A stretch of 64,000 nt of DNA from an uncultured Bacteroidota bacterium (GTDB taxonomy: Bacteria > Bacteroidota > Ignavibacteria > UBA10030 > UBA6906). Position numbers and translations under genes: made by a program. Within the stretch, counting starts at the first letter, position 1; every line of letters begins with the position of its first letter. Of this stretch, positions 28,368 to 38,424 are shown piece after piece. The notes below the pieces were generated by a model that saw only the letters and a list, made by a program, of their open reading frames with translations, had not been told where the DNA came from and did not search any database. Where the stretch lies: the NCBI GenBank assembly GCA_963700635.1, contig CAVOYH010000003.1:800001-864000 (forward strand), read 5' to 3'.

Positions 28368-29783
28368 TCAGCGAGACTTCTTTTCTTCTTCCCCCAAGCG
28401 AATCACCCCCTGTTCTTCAATTGCTGACAGCCGTCTTCCTCCCTGTGGCAGCATAAGCCGGCGAACTCTTTCCACCATGCGTGTTTCGTGACTTGAAGGG
28501 ATGATGCCGATGAGATCCCGGCTCTGACGCCCGAGCAGTGTATCTCCCCCGAGTCTGGCGTAAAGCCACAGAAGCGGCAGGACACTATTGAGGAGGATGG
28601 TGTCAATCCTTCCTCTGCCCAGAGAGGCGCCCACGGGGGACGTTTCACCGGTAAAGTGCAGATGATGCCGCCAGTAGCCGTCCGGTTTTGACCGGAACAA
28701 CCCCCGTAACAACTTCAATCCCTTTCTGGATGAGCCTTTCGTCTCAATGACGATGCACCGAATCCTGTCGAATCCTCCCGGCAGAATCAAGTCAGGAAGC
28801 AGTGACGCGATCACTGCCAGCCGGGCCGTGGGGAAATTGGCCGGTCGGAGCCGGAAAAAGAGCCAGTCTGTCTCGTGAAGCATCGGGACCCGGATCTCCG
28901 GGCGGATTCTGTTCCACTTTCTCCGGAGCCTCCGTACATACCTTCTGCTTTCCCGCTTCCTGAGCGTGTCTGGTGCCGGGAGCAGTCCGGCAGCGCCGAA
29001 CAGGATCGCCATCACAGACTCGGTATCCTTCAACCCCAGCGTACGAAGCGTGACCAGCGGGACATTTCGTGCGAGCGCAAGAAATGCGTCGCTGTTCCTG
29101 GAATACCCGCATGCTTCCATTATGCTCTCGTAAAGAACCTGCTCCCAGACCCACGGCACAGTGAATTCCGATGGGTGCCGGGCGTGATGTGGCACGGGGA
29201 CGTCATCGGGGTTTCCGTCATACAGACGTGATGGTTCGGAGAGTATCCTGTGTTCCTCCTCGAGCAATTGAAGCACTCTGTGTTCCAGGCGTCGAACTCT
29301 CTTCAGGATTCGAATCCATCCTTTTCGCCGCAGAAGTATGCGGGGTGTTTGGGAGTTGTTCAGGCGGGAGGCGATCGAAGAGAACAGCGTCTGTGCCGGA
29401 TCACCTGGTTCCGGGACAGAGGGGGCGGGGTCAAGCTGATCAAGGACAAGAAGGGGAAGCGCGCGACGGGAAGCCGTGCGGACCACAACAGCGCTATCCG
29501 GACAGCGGGCTACAACATGCAGCACGACACGGTTGTAGTGAGGATCGGAATCATGTCCGTGCGTGTACCATTCTTCCGGCGACCGGTGTAGTTCGACATC
29601 TCCACGGAATGAGCGGGTGCCGATGCGGACGAGCGCATTAAGAAAATCCGGACCGCCGTCGTTATTGGGTGTTCCGCGGTGTACGACGGAAACCGGAAGG
29701 CCGTCGGTGGTTGTGAGAGGTGTGGTACTGGTGATGCGGGTTTCCCAGATTCGGCGAAGAACCGCTTCCGGAACACACTTCAT
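28368..29783 (-). CDS. DUF2851 family protein
   Basis: N..GGPDF, GDVELH, WYTHGH..DPHYNRVVLHVV, LRPANFPTARLA. Confidence 0.85.
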   Translation of the reverse strand: MKCVPEAVLRRIWETRITSTTPLTTTDGLPVSVVHRGTPNNDGGPDFLNALVRIGTRSFRGDVELHRSPEEWYTHGHDSDPHYNRVVLHVVARCPDSAVVVRTASRRALPLLVLDQLDPAPSVPEPGDPAQTLFSSIASRLNNSQTPRILLRRKGWIRILKRVRRLEHRVLQLLEEEHRILSEPSRLYDGNPDDVPVPHHARHPSEFTVPWVWEQVLYESIMEACGYSRNSDAFLALARNVPLVTLRTLGLKDTESVMAILFGAAGLLPAPDTLRKRESRRYVRRLRRKWNRIRPEIRVPMLHETDWLFFRLRPANFPTARLAVIASLLPDLILPGGFDRIRCIVIETKGSSRKGLKLLRGLFRSKPDGYWRHHLHFTGETSPVGASLGRGRIDTILLNSVLPLLWLYARLGGDTLLGRQSRDLIGIIPSSHETRMVERVRRLMLPQGGRRLSAIEEQGVIRLGEEEKKSR

Positions 29784-30605
29784 CTACCCAAAATACTCCT
29801 CCCGATATCTGTTGATGTGATCGCGGAGCGAGAGGGCCGCAGAACGTGCGGCCTCCGCGAAATCCTCCTCCGCCGATGCATAGACAACGCTCCGCGCAGC
29901 GGTCAGGAGCGCAAGAGACCCGGAGGGATCGCAGCCATAGCGGACGGATTTCTCCAGATCGCCTCCCTGTGCGCCGATACCCGGTATCAACAGAGGCAGG
30001 GTGGGAGCGAGGGCCCGGATGGCACGCAGCTGGGCCGGCCGTGTCGCCCCGACAACGAGGCCGAAGTTCCCCAGCGTGTTCCATGTCTTGACGCGGCGGA
30101 CCACATGCTCGTACAATGGTTTGCCGCGCACCTTCAGATACTGAAAATCTTTTGCTCCCGGGTTCGACGTGAGTGCGAGGACAAACACCCCGCGTTCGGC
30201 ATTCCGGGAAAATGGCTGCACGGAATCCCGCCCCATATAGGGATGAACCGTCGCAGCATCACACTGAAGATCCTCAAAGAGTGAACGTGCATACATTTCC
30301 GATGAGTTGCCGATGTCGCCGCGCTTGCCATCGGCAATCGTGATCACATGGTCAGGGATAAGGGCAAGGGTCTCGCGGAGGATCTGCAACCCCCGATCGC
30401 CCATTGCCTCATAAAACGCGAGATTGAGTTTGTAGGCGCACACCAGATCGCTGGTTGTCTCGACGATACGGCGGTTAAATTCCGCCACCGGATTTTCCGA
30501 GTGCTGCAATCGTGCTGGAATCTTGCGGGGATCGGGATCAAGACCGATGCAGAGGAGGGAATGCTGACGATCCTGGCTGGTTCGTAACCGTTGTGTAAAG
30601 TTCAT
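29784..30605 (-). CDS. pyrF: Orotidine-5'-phosphate decarboxylase
   Basis: LCIGLDP, DGKRGDIGNS, LTSNPG, LVVGAT, LIPGIGAQGG. Confidence 0.96.
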   Translation of the reverse strand: MNFTQRLRTSQDRQHSLLCIGLDPDPRKIPARLQHSENPVAEFNRRIVETTSDLVCAYKLNLAFYEAMGDRGLQILRETLALIPDHVITIADGKRGDIGNSSEMYARSLFEDLQCDAATVHPYMGRDSVQPFSRNAERGVFVLALTSNPGAKDFQYLKVRGKPLYEHVVRRVKTWNTLGNFGLVVGATRPAQLRAIRALAPTLPLLIPGIGAQGGDLEKSVRYGCDPSGSLALLTAARSVVYASAEEDFAEAARSAALSLRDHINRYREEYFG

Positions 30606-30667
30606 GAATGTTCCCCGGTGCCGCTATAGTATATACGTGTGGAATGGGACTATTACGACGACCGCCC

Positions 30668-31540
30668 CTACGTGCCCGGTGTAATAACTCCATCGCCGTG
30701 TATGAATTTGGTTTTCGCCTCTTCGGTCAGCACCTCATTCATCGAGCCCGTGCGATATCCCTGCAGATCCAGGGTAACATAGGTGAATCCGAGGCCTTTC
30801 AGATGCCTGACGAATTCCTGACGTAAAGGTTCGGTGACGAGGCGTGGAAGTTCCAGCGGCCCGACTTCGATGCGTGCGGTGCTGGTGTCATGGAATCGCA
30901 CCCGAAAGAACCTGAAGCCACGCTCCCTGAGAAACGTTTCGGCAGCATCCACGCGAACAAGGTCTTCCCGCGTTATGCCGACGCCATATGGAAAGCGGGA
31001 TGAGAGGCAGGCGAACGCCGGTTTGTCCCACGTCGGCAGCTCCAGGTGTCGGGATATCTCCCGGACTTCAGCCTTGCTCAGTTCTGCTTCGAGGAGGGGG
31101 GATCGAACATGCTGTTCGCTCCGGGCTCGCATGCCCGGCCGGAAGTCGCCAAGATCGTCGGTGATTGTCCCGTCGGCAATCCAGGGTATCTTCTCCCTTT
31201 GTGCGACGACCAGCAGTTTTGAAAACAGCTCGGTCTTACAATAGTAACACCGGTCCGGGGGATTTTCCTTGAACTTGAGCGTGTCAGTTTCTTCCGTGCG
31301 GACCACCTCATACTGAGCGCCGATCTGTTCTGCCAGCGCGACGGCCTCTTCAAATTCTTTTGTCGGGTACGTTTCGGACTGTCCGATAACGGCAAGGGCC
31401 CTGGAACCGAGCACCTGTGACGCAACTTTGAGAAGGAGGGTGCTATCCACACCGCCGGAGTACCCGATCACAACACTTTCCATCTCGCCGAGGATTGTCC
31501 TGAGTCGATCATATTTTTCTGCAACCACCGCATCCAGCAT
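30668..31540 (-). CDS. larE: LarE-family ATP-dependent sulfur transferase
   Basis: PP-loop YSGGVDS, RCYYCK, DFRPG, KPAFACLSSRFPYG, GYRTGSMN. Confidence 0.9.
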   Translation of the reverse strand: MLDAVVAEKYDRLRTILGEMESVVIGYSGGVDSTLLLKVASQVLGSRALAVIGQSETYPTKEFEEAVALAEQIGAQYEVVRTEETDTLKFKENPPDRCYYCKTELFSKLLVVAQREKIPWIADGTITDDLGDFRPGMRARSEQHVRSPLLEAELSKAEVREISRHLELPTWDKPAFACLSSRFPYGVGITREDLVRVDAAETFLRERGFRFFRVRFHDTSTARIEVGPLELPRLVTEPLRQEFVRHLKGLGFTYVTLDLQGYRTGSMNEVLTEEAKTKFIHGDGVITPGT

Positions 31541-31561
31541 CGTCGTCTCCTGCGTGTGAAC

Positions 31562-31596
31562 AAAAAAAACCTCGCCCTGCATGTGCAGAACAAGGT
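31562..31596 (-). terminator. Intrinsic terminator-like hairpin between the TPR gene and larE
   Basis: Minus strand ACCTTGTTCTGC-ACAT-GCAGGGCGAGGT (12 bp including G-U pairs) followed by a T run. Confidence 0.6.
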
Positions 31597-31620
31597 CATC
31601 ATCCGCGCAACGCTCCTGCA

Positions 31621-33042
31621 CTACTTGCGTAAGAGGTTTTTGAATTCTTTAATCGACTTCACCCCCGGGAATTCCCGTTCAAAGTCCTTACGCTTCTGGG
31701 GATTCAACGTAAAGGAATTCTTGAGGGATTCCACAGCGTCGTACGTTCGGTTCAGCATCAGGAGGACTCTTGCCCGCAGGTAATAGGAATCCGCAGAATG
31801 AGGGTTCGCCTCCACAGATCGATCGAATGCTTTGAGGGCCTGCCTGAAGTATCCGAGCTCGAACAACGTCTCGCCATAGTCCAGCCACGCCTCGGAGTTT
31901 TCCGGTTCCAGACGGGTGACCATTCTGTAGCTGACCAGGGATTCGCGCACTTTTCCCATATTATAAAGCAGGTCAGCCTTCGCGTACCAGAGCTCGGGAT
32001 AGTCCCGGCAGAGTTCAAGAGCCTTGTTATAGTCGGCAAGGGCCTTACGGTTTTCCTCAAGCGCGTCGTAGCAGCTTCCCCGGCCGAAATACGATTCGTG
32101 GTGGTTCGGATCGAGCTTTACGGATTGTGTAAAACACTGGATTGCATCCGCGTACTCTCCGAGTTCCTCGTAAGCGTTGCCGAGGTTGTGCCAGGCCGGA
32201 AGGTCCTTGGGTTCAAGCCGGATTGTCTCTTTGTAGCTGAGCACTGCATCGTGAAGCCTGCCAAGATTCGCGTAGGCGTTCCCTTTGTTGTACCAGGCCG
32301 CGGGAAATCCCTGGTGGATCGCAAGAGCCAGGTCGTAACTTTCGAGTGCTTTGTGGTACTGCCCGACGCGGCTCAGGACGATGCCCCTGTTGTACCAGGC
32401 ATTAAAATTGTACGGATCCCGGTCCAGATGTTCGTCATAACATCTGAGCGAATCTTCAAGCTGGTCAAGGTAATCGTAACAGTACCCGAGTTCATACCAG
32501 GCTTCGCGGTGTTCGGGGTTTCCTTCGAGGATGAAGCGAAAAATCTGAGCGGCGTCCTCGTATTTCTCCATCTTTTCGAGCGTCACCGCTTTGTTGAAGA
32601 GTGCATCCTCGTGGGTGGGCTCCATTTCGAGCACGCGCTCGAAGCTCGCGAGGGCCTCCTCCAGCCGTCCCAGATCATCAAGCGTGATCCCATGATTCAC
32701 AAGGATCTCAGGGTCCACGGGATTGAGGCCAAGGGCCGTTTCCAGAGCACTCAGAGCTTCCTCGTAGCGGTACAGATTGCTCAGAATAAGCCCTTTTCGC
32801 TGCCAGGCGTCTGCACTATAGGGGACGAAGGTAAGAAGTCGGTCTGCCATCCGGAGTGCTTCGTCATAACGCTCATGGTCGAAGAAGTAATTCACCAGTT
32901 CTTCCAGGGCTTCGATGCTTGTGATGTTGGACGCACCGTCCCCGTAGAGGTCCTTATACTTCTTCAGCTCATCTTCGAAGCGGTCGCGTTTCCCGTCTTC
33001 GCTGTCATCGTCATCATAACCGCTAAAATCCATTTTGCTCAT
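31621..33042 (-). CDS. Cytoplasmic tetratricopeptide repeat protein
   Basis: About 11 canonical TPRs (AWYNRG, AWYNKGNAY, AWHNLGNAY); acidic N-terminus. Confidence 0.9.
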   Translation of the reverse strand: MSKMDFSGYDDDDSEDGKRDRFEDELKKYKDLYGDGASNITSIEALEELVNYFFDHERYDEALRMADRLLTFVPYSADAWQRKGLILSNLYRYEEALSALETALGLNPVDPEILVNHGITLDDLGRLEEALASFERVLEMEPTHEDALFNKAVTLEKMEKYEDAAQIFRFILEGNPEHREAWYELGYCYDYLDQLEDSLRCYDEHLDRDPYNFNAWYNRGIVLSRVGQYHKALESYDLALAIHQGFPAAWYNKGNAYANLGRLHDAVLSYKETIRLEPKDLPAWHNLGNAYEELGEYADAIQCFTQSVKLDPNHHESYFGRGSCYDALEENRKALADYNKALELCRDYPELWYAKADLLYNMGKVRESLVSYRMVTRLEPENSEAWLDYGETLFELGYFRQALKAFDRSVEANPHSADSYYLRARVLLMLNRTYDAVESLKNSFTLNPQKRKDFEREFPGVKSIKEFKNLLRK

Positions 33043-33105
33043 TGACGCTCCGTAGGCACATCTTTCAAGAACAATAAGTCAAAAACCGAGGGGGAAGTCA
33101 AGCAA

Positions 33106-33134
33106 TTGATTTTAAGGGAGGTAGACAGTATATT
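33106..33134 (+). promoter_or_regulatory. Sigma70-type promoter of the yggS-divIVA-punA-ileS cluster
   Basis: TTGATT(33106-33111), 17 nt, TATATT(33129-33134). Confidence 0.5.
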
Positions 33135-33150
33135 AATACCTTGATTTCTA

Positions 33151-33847
33151 ATGATTTCTGCGAATATTGACATAGTGCGGGAGAGAGTTGCTGCCGCCTG
33201 CCGGCGTACCGGTCGCCAGCCGGAAGATGTGACGCTGATTGCGGTAAGCAAGACATTTCCCGCGGAGCGGATCCGCGAAGCCGTCCGCGCAGGTGTCAGT
33301 GACATCGGGGAGAATTATGTTCAGGAGCTCCTCCCCAAATACAAGGCCCTTGCCGGGGAGTCCATCCGGTGGCATTTTATCGGGCACCTGCAGTCGAATA
33401 AGGTGAAATATCTCGCGGAATGGGTGACCCTGGTGCATGCCCTTGACAGCCGCGCTCTTGCTCGTGAGCTCGATGTCCGGGCTGCCCGCCTGGGTAAAAC
33501 GGTCAATACGCTCGTGGAAGTAAATACTACCGGCGAACAGTCCAAATTCGGTCTGACTGCCGGAACAGGTCCTCCCCTTTGTCCGGTCACTGGAGGAGTT
33601 TACGCACATCCGCATCAGCGGATTGATGACGATCGGACCGTTTCTCCCGGATCCCGAAGGATCACGGCCCATGTTCCGTGTTCTTCGGAAACTCCGCGAG
33701 ACCCTTGCCCTTCATCCGCAGCAGAACCTGGATCCCATACATCTCTCAATGGGAATGACGGGAGATTTTGAAGTAGCGGTTGAGGAAGGAGCAACATTGC
33801 TCAGGATCGGGACTGCACTGTTCGGGTCCCGACCCAGAAAAGGTTAA
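33151..33847 (+). pseudogene. yggS: YggS/PLPBP pyridoxal-phosphate homeostasis protein, frameshifted (real lesion or sequencing error)
   Basis: LIAVSKT, GENYVQE, WHFIGHLQSNK, SKFGL in the first frame; PEQV..GLMTIG, LSMGMTGDF, LRIGTALFG in the +1 frame; switch at about 33556-33559. Confidence 0.85.
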
Positions 33848-33879
33848 GAAGGAATCCCGGATAGCCGGAGAAAGTCGCC

Positions 33880-34419
33880 ATGAAACTAACACCCCTTGAC
33901 ATCCGCAAGCAGGAATTCAAACGCGTCATGCGCGGGTATGATCCCGTGGAAATCGACACGTTTATGGAAATGACAGCGAACGAGTATGAGGAGCTGCTCA
34001 AATCCCAGAAAGACATGCGGGACAGGGTCATTGAGCTGGAGGTCCAACTCAAAGACTATCGCCAGATAGAAAAGACGCTCCAGCAGACCCTCCTGCAAGC
34101 CCAGGAGACCACCGGAAAGACGTACGAGGCCGCGCGCAAAGAAGCCGAATTGATAATCCGCGAAGCCGATCAGAAAGCGGCAACCATCATCGCCCAGGCA
34201 CACGTGGATCTCTCCCAGTTGAAGAAAGAACTGCAGGAGCTGGCGACGCGCAAAGAGGCACTGGTTCATCAGCTCCGGGTGATCCTGAGCGCCGAACTGG
34301 ATCTTCTGAAAACCCTGGAACTCGGAAGCGCCGAGGGACTGGTGGGGCCATCGCCGGCAGGAACCGGCAAAGCAGCGATTGATCTTGACCTTGTCGCACG
34401 AACCTTAGACCATGACTGA
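33880..34419 (+). CDS. divIVA: DivIVA-domain protein
   Basis: [26 protein letters not shown] followed by coiled coil. Confidence 0.9.
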   Translation: MKLTPLDIRKQEFKRVMRGYDPVEIDTFMEMTANEYEELLKSQKDMRDRVIELEVQLKDYRQIEKTLQQTLLQAQETTGKTYEAARKEAELIIREADQKAATIIAQAHVDLSQLKKELQELATRKEALVHQLRVILSAELDLLKTLELGSAEGLVGPSPAGTGKAAIDLDLVARTLDHD

Positions 34420-35233
34420 TCTACGCAAACAACGAGAAGAAGCGGTTACGTTCCTGCGTACCAGAACGGCCGCAACACCAGGAATCGGGATCATCCTCGG
34501 CACCGGCCTTGGCGGTCTGGTGGATGATATCCAGGTGAAAACAGTGATCGACTATGGCGACATTCCTCACTTTCCTGTCTCTACCGTCGAATCTCATCAC
34601 GGAAAGCTCATCTTCGGAACTCTGGGCAAGAAGCAGGTGGTTGCCATGCAGGGCAGGTTCCACTATTATGAAGGATACACCATGCGGCAGGTGACCTTCC
34701 CGGTGCGGGTGATGAAAGCCCTTGGTGTTCACACCCTGCTTATTTCGAATGCCGCCGGAGGGATGAATCCTCAGTTCCGCAAGGGCAGCCTGATGCTTAT
34801 CACCGATCATATCAATCTGCTCGGTGACAATCCGCTCATCGGCGTGAATGACGAATCGCTGGGTCCCCGGTTCCCGGATATGTCAGAACCATACAGCAAG
34901 AAGCTGGCGATGCTTGCCGAAGATGTAGCGCTCGACGCGAAGATCCGTCTGGAACGCGGGGTCTTTGTCGCAGTCCCCGGCCCGAACCTCGAAACCCGTG
35001 CAGAGTACCGTTTTCTTCGTTTGATCGGCGCCGATGCAGTCGGAATGTCCACGGTTCCCGAAAACATCGTGGCGGTGCATATGGGCATGGCGGTGATGGG
35101 TATTTCGATCATCACGGATGAATGCTTCCCGGATGCCTTGCAACCCGCACGGGTCGAGGAAATTATCGCGGTTGCCGGCGAAGCGGAACCCAGGCTGACG
35201 ACAATCATGAGAGGTGTTGTTGAACGCCTCTAA
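34412..35233 (+). CDS. punA: Purine-nucleoside phosphorylase (trimeric type)
   Basis: [45 protein letters not shown]. Confidence 0.93.
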   Translation: MTDLRKQREEAVTFLRTRTAATPGIGIILGTGLGGLVDDIQVKTVIDYGDIPHFPVSTVESHHGKLIFGTLGKKQVVAMQGRFHYYEGYTMRQVTFPVRVMKALGVHTLLISNAAGGMNPQFRKGSLMLITDHINLLGDNPLIGVNDESLGPRFPDMSEPYSKKLAMLAEDVALDAKIRLERGVFVAVPGPNLETRAEYRFLRLIGADAVGMSTVPENIVAVHMGMAVMGISIITDECFPDALQPARVEEIIAVAGEAEPRLTTIMRGVVERL

Positions 35234-35251
35234 GGACGTTGCCGAGAAGGT

Positions 35252-38200
35252 ATGAAGACATTTAAAGAACTCACAGAGAAGATTTCGTACCCTGCCATCG
35301 AACAGGAGATCCATGCGTTCTGGAAAGAACACGGGGTCTTTGACCTGAGCATTTCCACGCGCGAAGGGAAACCCGGTTTTACGTTCTATGAAGGCCCCCC
35401 TACCGCCAACGGACGGCCCGGCATCCATCATCTGATGAGCCGGACACTCAAAGATCTGGTCTGCCGGTATAAAACGATGCGTGGGTATCAGGTTCATCGT
35501 AAAGCGGGGTGGGATACGCATGGCCTTCCCGTGGAGATCGAAGTTGAAAAACAGCTTGGCTTCAAGCACAAGGAAGATATCATCCGCTTCGGCGTTGCCG
35601 AGTTTAATCGCAAATGCCGTGAATCTGTGTGGAAATACAAGACCGACTGGGAAGTTCTGACGGACGTGATGGGATACTGGGTTGATCTCACACGCCCGTA
35701 CGTGACCTTTGAAAACGAATACATCGAATCTGTCTGGTGGGCGCTGAAGCGGTTTCATAGCGGGGGGTTGATCTACAAGGGACATAAGATCCAGCCGTAT
35801 TGTCCGCGGTGTGAAACCCCGCTCTCTTCGCATGAAGTGTCCCTCGGGTACGAAGATGTGAAGGACCCGAGCGTGTATGTCCGGATGCGGACCAGGCAGA
35901 ACCCCGATACGAGTTTCCTGGTGTGGACCACCACGCCCTGGACACTGATCTCCAATGTTGCACTTGCCGTCGGGCCCGATATCACGTATGTGAAGGTTGA
36001 GCACCACGGCGAACGATTGATTCTTGCAGAACAGCGACTTTCGGTACTGGAAGGTCCGTATACGGTTCTCGAAAAATTTCCGGGCAGTGCTCTGGCGGGG
36101 CAGGAATACGAGCGGATATTCGCATATCATCCGGTCGAACAGAAGGCGTTCTACGTTATCACGGCGGGATTTGTCACGACAGAAGATGGCACCGGGATCG
36201 TCCACATTGCCCCGGCCTATGGTGAAGATGACAACCTGGCGGGAAAAAAATTCGGTTTGCCCACGCTACACCCGGTGAACAAGAGCGGCGCATTCGGCCC
36301 CGAGGTCACGGATTTTGCCGGACGATCTGTCCGCGAGGCAGACCCAGACATTATCCGCAACCTCAAAGAGCGGAAGATCCTGTACAAGAAAGAGACCATC
36401 ACGCACAGTTACCCTCACTGCTGGCGCTGCAAGACTCCGCTGCTCTATTACGCGCGAGAGTCCTGGTACATCAGCACGACAAAATATGCGGACCGGATGA
36501 TCGCGCTGAACAAGACGATCAACTGGGTGCCGCCGGAAGTCGGCGAAGGCCGTTTCGGCAACTGGCTGGAGGAAAACAAGGACTGGGCCCTTTCACGTGA
36601 TCGTTTCTGGGGAACACCGTTGCCAATCTGGGTGTGCGCTTCGTGCGCCGCGCAAAAATGTGTTGGGAGTATTGCTGAGCTGCGGGAAGGGCAAAACGTT
36701 CCGGATCCGCTGGATCTGCACAAGCCGTTCGTTGATGCGGTGACATTTCCGTGTTCGTGCGGCGGCACCATGACCCGCACGCCGGAGTTAATCGATGCCT
36801 GGTTTGATTCGGGTGCCATGCCGTTTGCCCAATGGCATTATCCCTTTGAAAACAAGGAACGGATTGATTCCGGTGAACAGTATCCTGCAGACTTTATCTG
36901 CGAAGGAATTGATCAGACACGCGGATGGTTCTATTCGCTGCACGCCATCGGGACGTTCCTGTTTGATGCACCGGCGTACAGAAACCTCCTTGTAAACGAT
37001 CTGATCCTTGACAAAGACGGGCAGAAGATGTCGAAGAGCCGGAAAAATACCGTTGACCCCTTCGATATTATTGCCCGGTACGGCGCAGATTCCACCCGGT
37101 GGTATCTCGTCACGAACAGTCCGCCCTGGCGGCCGACAATGTTTGACGAAGAAGGCGTGCTCGAGGTACAGCGACGCTTCTTCGGAACGCTGGTGAATAC
37201 GTACGCCTTTTTTGCCATGTACGCCAACATCGATCAGGTGTCGTGGGATGCTCCCGCCGTCCCGCTGTCGGAACGGCAGGAAATCGATCAGTGGATCCTT
37301 TCGGAACTGCACTCCCTGATCAGGCGGTATCAGGGGTACATGGAAGCCTACGATGTGACAAAGGCCGCGCGCAGTGTGAGCGAATTTACCATTGACCAGC
37401 TCTCCAACTGGTACGTGCGCCGGAACCGGCGCCGGTTCTGGAAGAGCGAAATGGGGCGTGACAAACTGGCTGCGTATCAGACCCTGTACGAGTGTCTGGA
37501 TACGGTGGCCAAACTGATGGCCCCGTTTGCCCCGTTTCTTGCAGAGGAACTTTATCGGAACCTGAACACGGTAACACACCGGGATCCGGCGACATCCGTC
37601 CATCTGGCGTATCTGCCCGGTGCTGATGAGGCGGTGATCAATCGTGACCTGGAAGAGCGGATGGACCGTGTGGTGCGAATCGTCATTCTTGTGCGTGCAA
37701 TGCGGATGAAAGCGAATCTCAAAGTCCGGCAGCCCCTCCGCAGGATTATTCTCCCCATCGCCGATGAGCGCGAGCGGGAGAGCGTCAAGAAAATGCAGGA
37801 CATCATTCTGGATGAGATCAACGTGAAGGGCATTGAATATGTCCATGATGCCTCGGGTATCGTCCGGAAGAAAGCGAAGCCAAACTTCAAGACCCTCGGG
37901 CCGAAGTTTGGGAAATCGGTGCAACAGGCTGCCGCACGCGTGAAAGAAATGACCGCCGCCGAAATTGCCGCTCTGGAGCAGAATGGTCGCGCGACTCTGC
38001 TGTCCGGCGACCAGAGCTTTACGGTTTCACCGGAGGATGTGGAGATCCTCCGTGAAGACATTCAGGGATGGCTGGTTGAAGCCGATGGTGGCTTAACGGT
38101 TGCTCTGGATACGACGCTGGACGAGACACTCGTTGCAGAAGGGTATGCCCGCGAACTCGTCAACCGGATTCAAAACATGCGGAAAGACGCGGGCTTTGAA

Positions 38201-38398
38201 GTGACCGATCGGATTACGTTGATCTATGACGCACGGAGTCCGCTGGCTGCCCGGCTCGAGACACAGAAGCCGTATATCATGAATGAGACGCTTGCGGAAC
38301 AGTGTACCGCAGGAACACCGGACGGCGAGCACGCCGCAACACTTGATGTGAATGGCGAATCGATAAACGTATCAATTGCACGTGTCAGGCGAGGCTAA
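35252..38398 (+). CDS. ileS: Isoleucine--tRNA ligase, type 2
   Basis: EGPPTANG, GWDTHGLP, WTTTPWTL, EGIDQTRGWFY, KMSKS; C-terminal RIQNMRK as in IleRS2. Confidence 0.98.
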   Translation: MKTFKELTEKISYPAIEQEIHAFWKEHGVFDLSISTREGKPGFTFYEGPPTANGRPGIHHLMSRTLKDLVCRYKTMRGYQVHRKAGWDTHGLPVEIEVEKQLGFKHKEDIIRFGVAEFNRKCRESVWKYKTDWEVLTDVMGYWVDLTRPYVTFENEYIESVWWALKRFHSGGLIYKGHKIQPYCPRCETPLSSHEVSLGYEDVKDPSVYVRMRTRQNPDTSFLVWTTTPWTLISNVALAVGPDITYVKVEHHGERLILAEQRLSVLEGPYTVLEKFPGSALAGQEYERIFAYHPVEQKAFYVITAGFVTTEDGTGIVHIAPAYGEDDNLAGKKFGLPTLHPVNKSGAFGPEVTDFAGRSVREADPDIIRNLKERKILYKKETITHSYPHCWRCKTPLLYYARESWYISTTKYADRMIALNKTINWVPPEVGEGRFGNWLEENKDWALSRDRFWGTPLPIWVCASCAAQKCVGSIAELREGQNVPDPLDLHKPFVDAVTFPCSCGGTMTRTPELIDAWFDSGAMPFAQWHYPFENKERIDSGEQYPADFICEGIDQTRGWFYSLHAIGTFLFDAPAYRNLLVNDLILDKDGQKMSKSRKNTVDPFDIIARYGADSTRWYLVTNSPPWRPTMFDEEGVLEVQRRFFGTLVNTYAFFAMYANIDQVSWDAPAVPLSERQEIDQWILSELHSLIRRYQGYMEAYDVTKAARSVSEFTIDQLSNWYVRRNRRRFWKSEMGRDKLAAYQTLYECLDTVAKLMAPFAPFLAEELYRNLNTVTHRDPATSVHLAYLPGADEAVINRDLEERMDRVVRIVILVRAMRMKANLKVRQPLRRIILPIADERERESVKKMQDIILDEINVKGIEYVHDASGIVRKKAKPNFKTLGPKFGKSVQQAAARVKEMTAAEIAALEQNGRATLLSGDQSFTVSPEDVEILREDIQGWLVEADGGLTVALDTTLDETLVAEGYARELVNRIQNMRKDAGFEVTDRITLIYDARSPLAARLETQKPYIMNETLAEQCTAGTPDGEHAATLDVNGESINVSIARVRRG

Positions 38399-38424
38399 TC
38401 ACTTAAGCATGGAGAGGTAGACGA

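Noticed and set aside
31798-33045. 415-aa plus-strand ORF
   Set aside because: Antisense shadow of the TPR gene with no recognisable motifs; expected from codon bias
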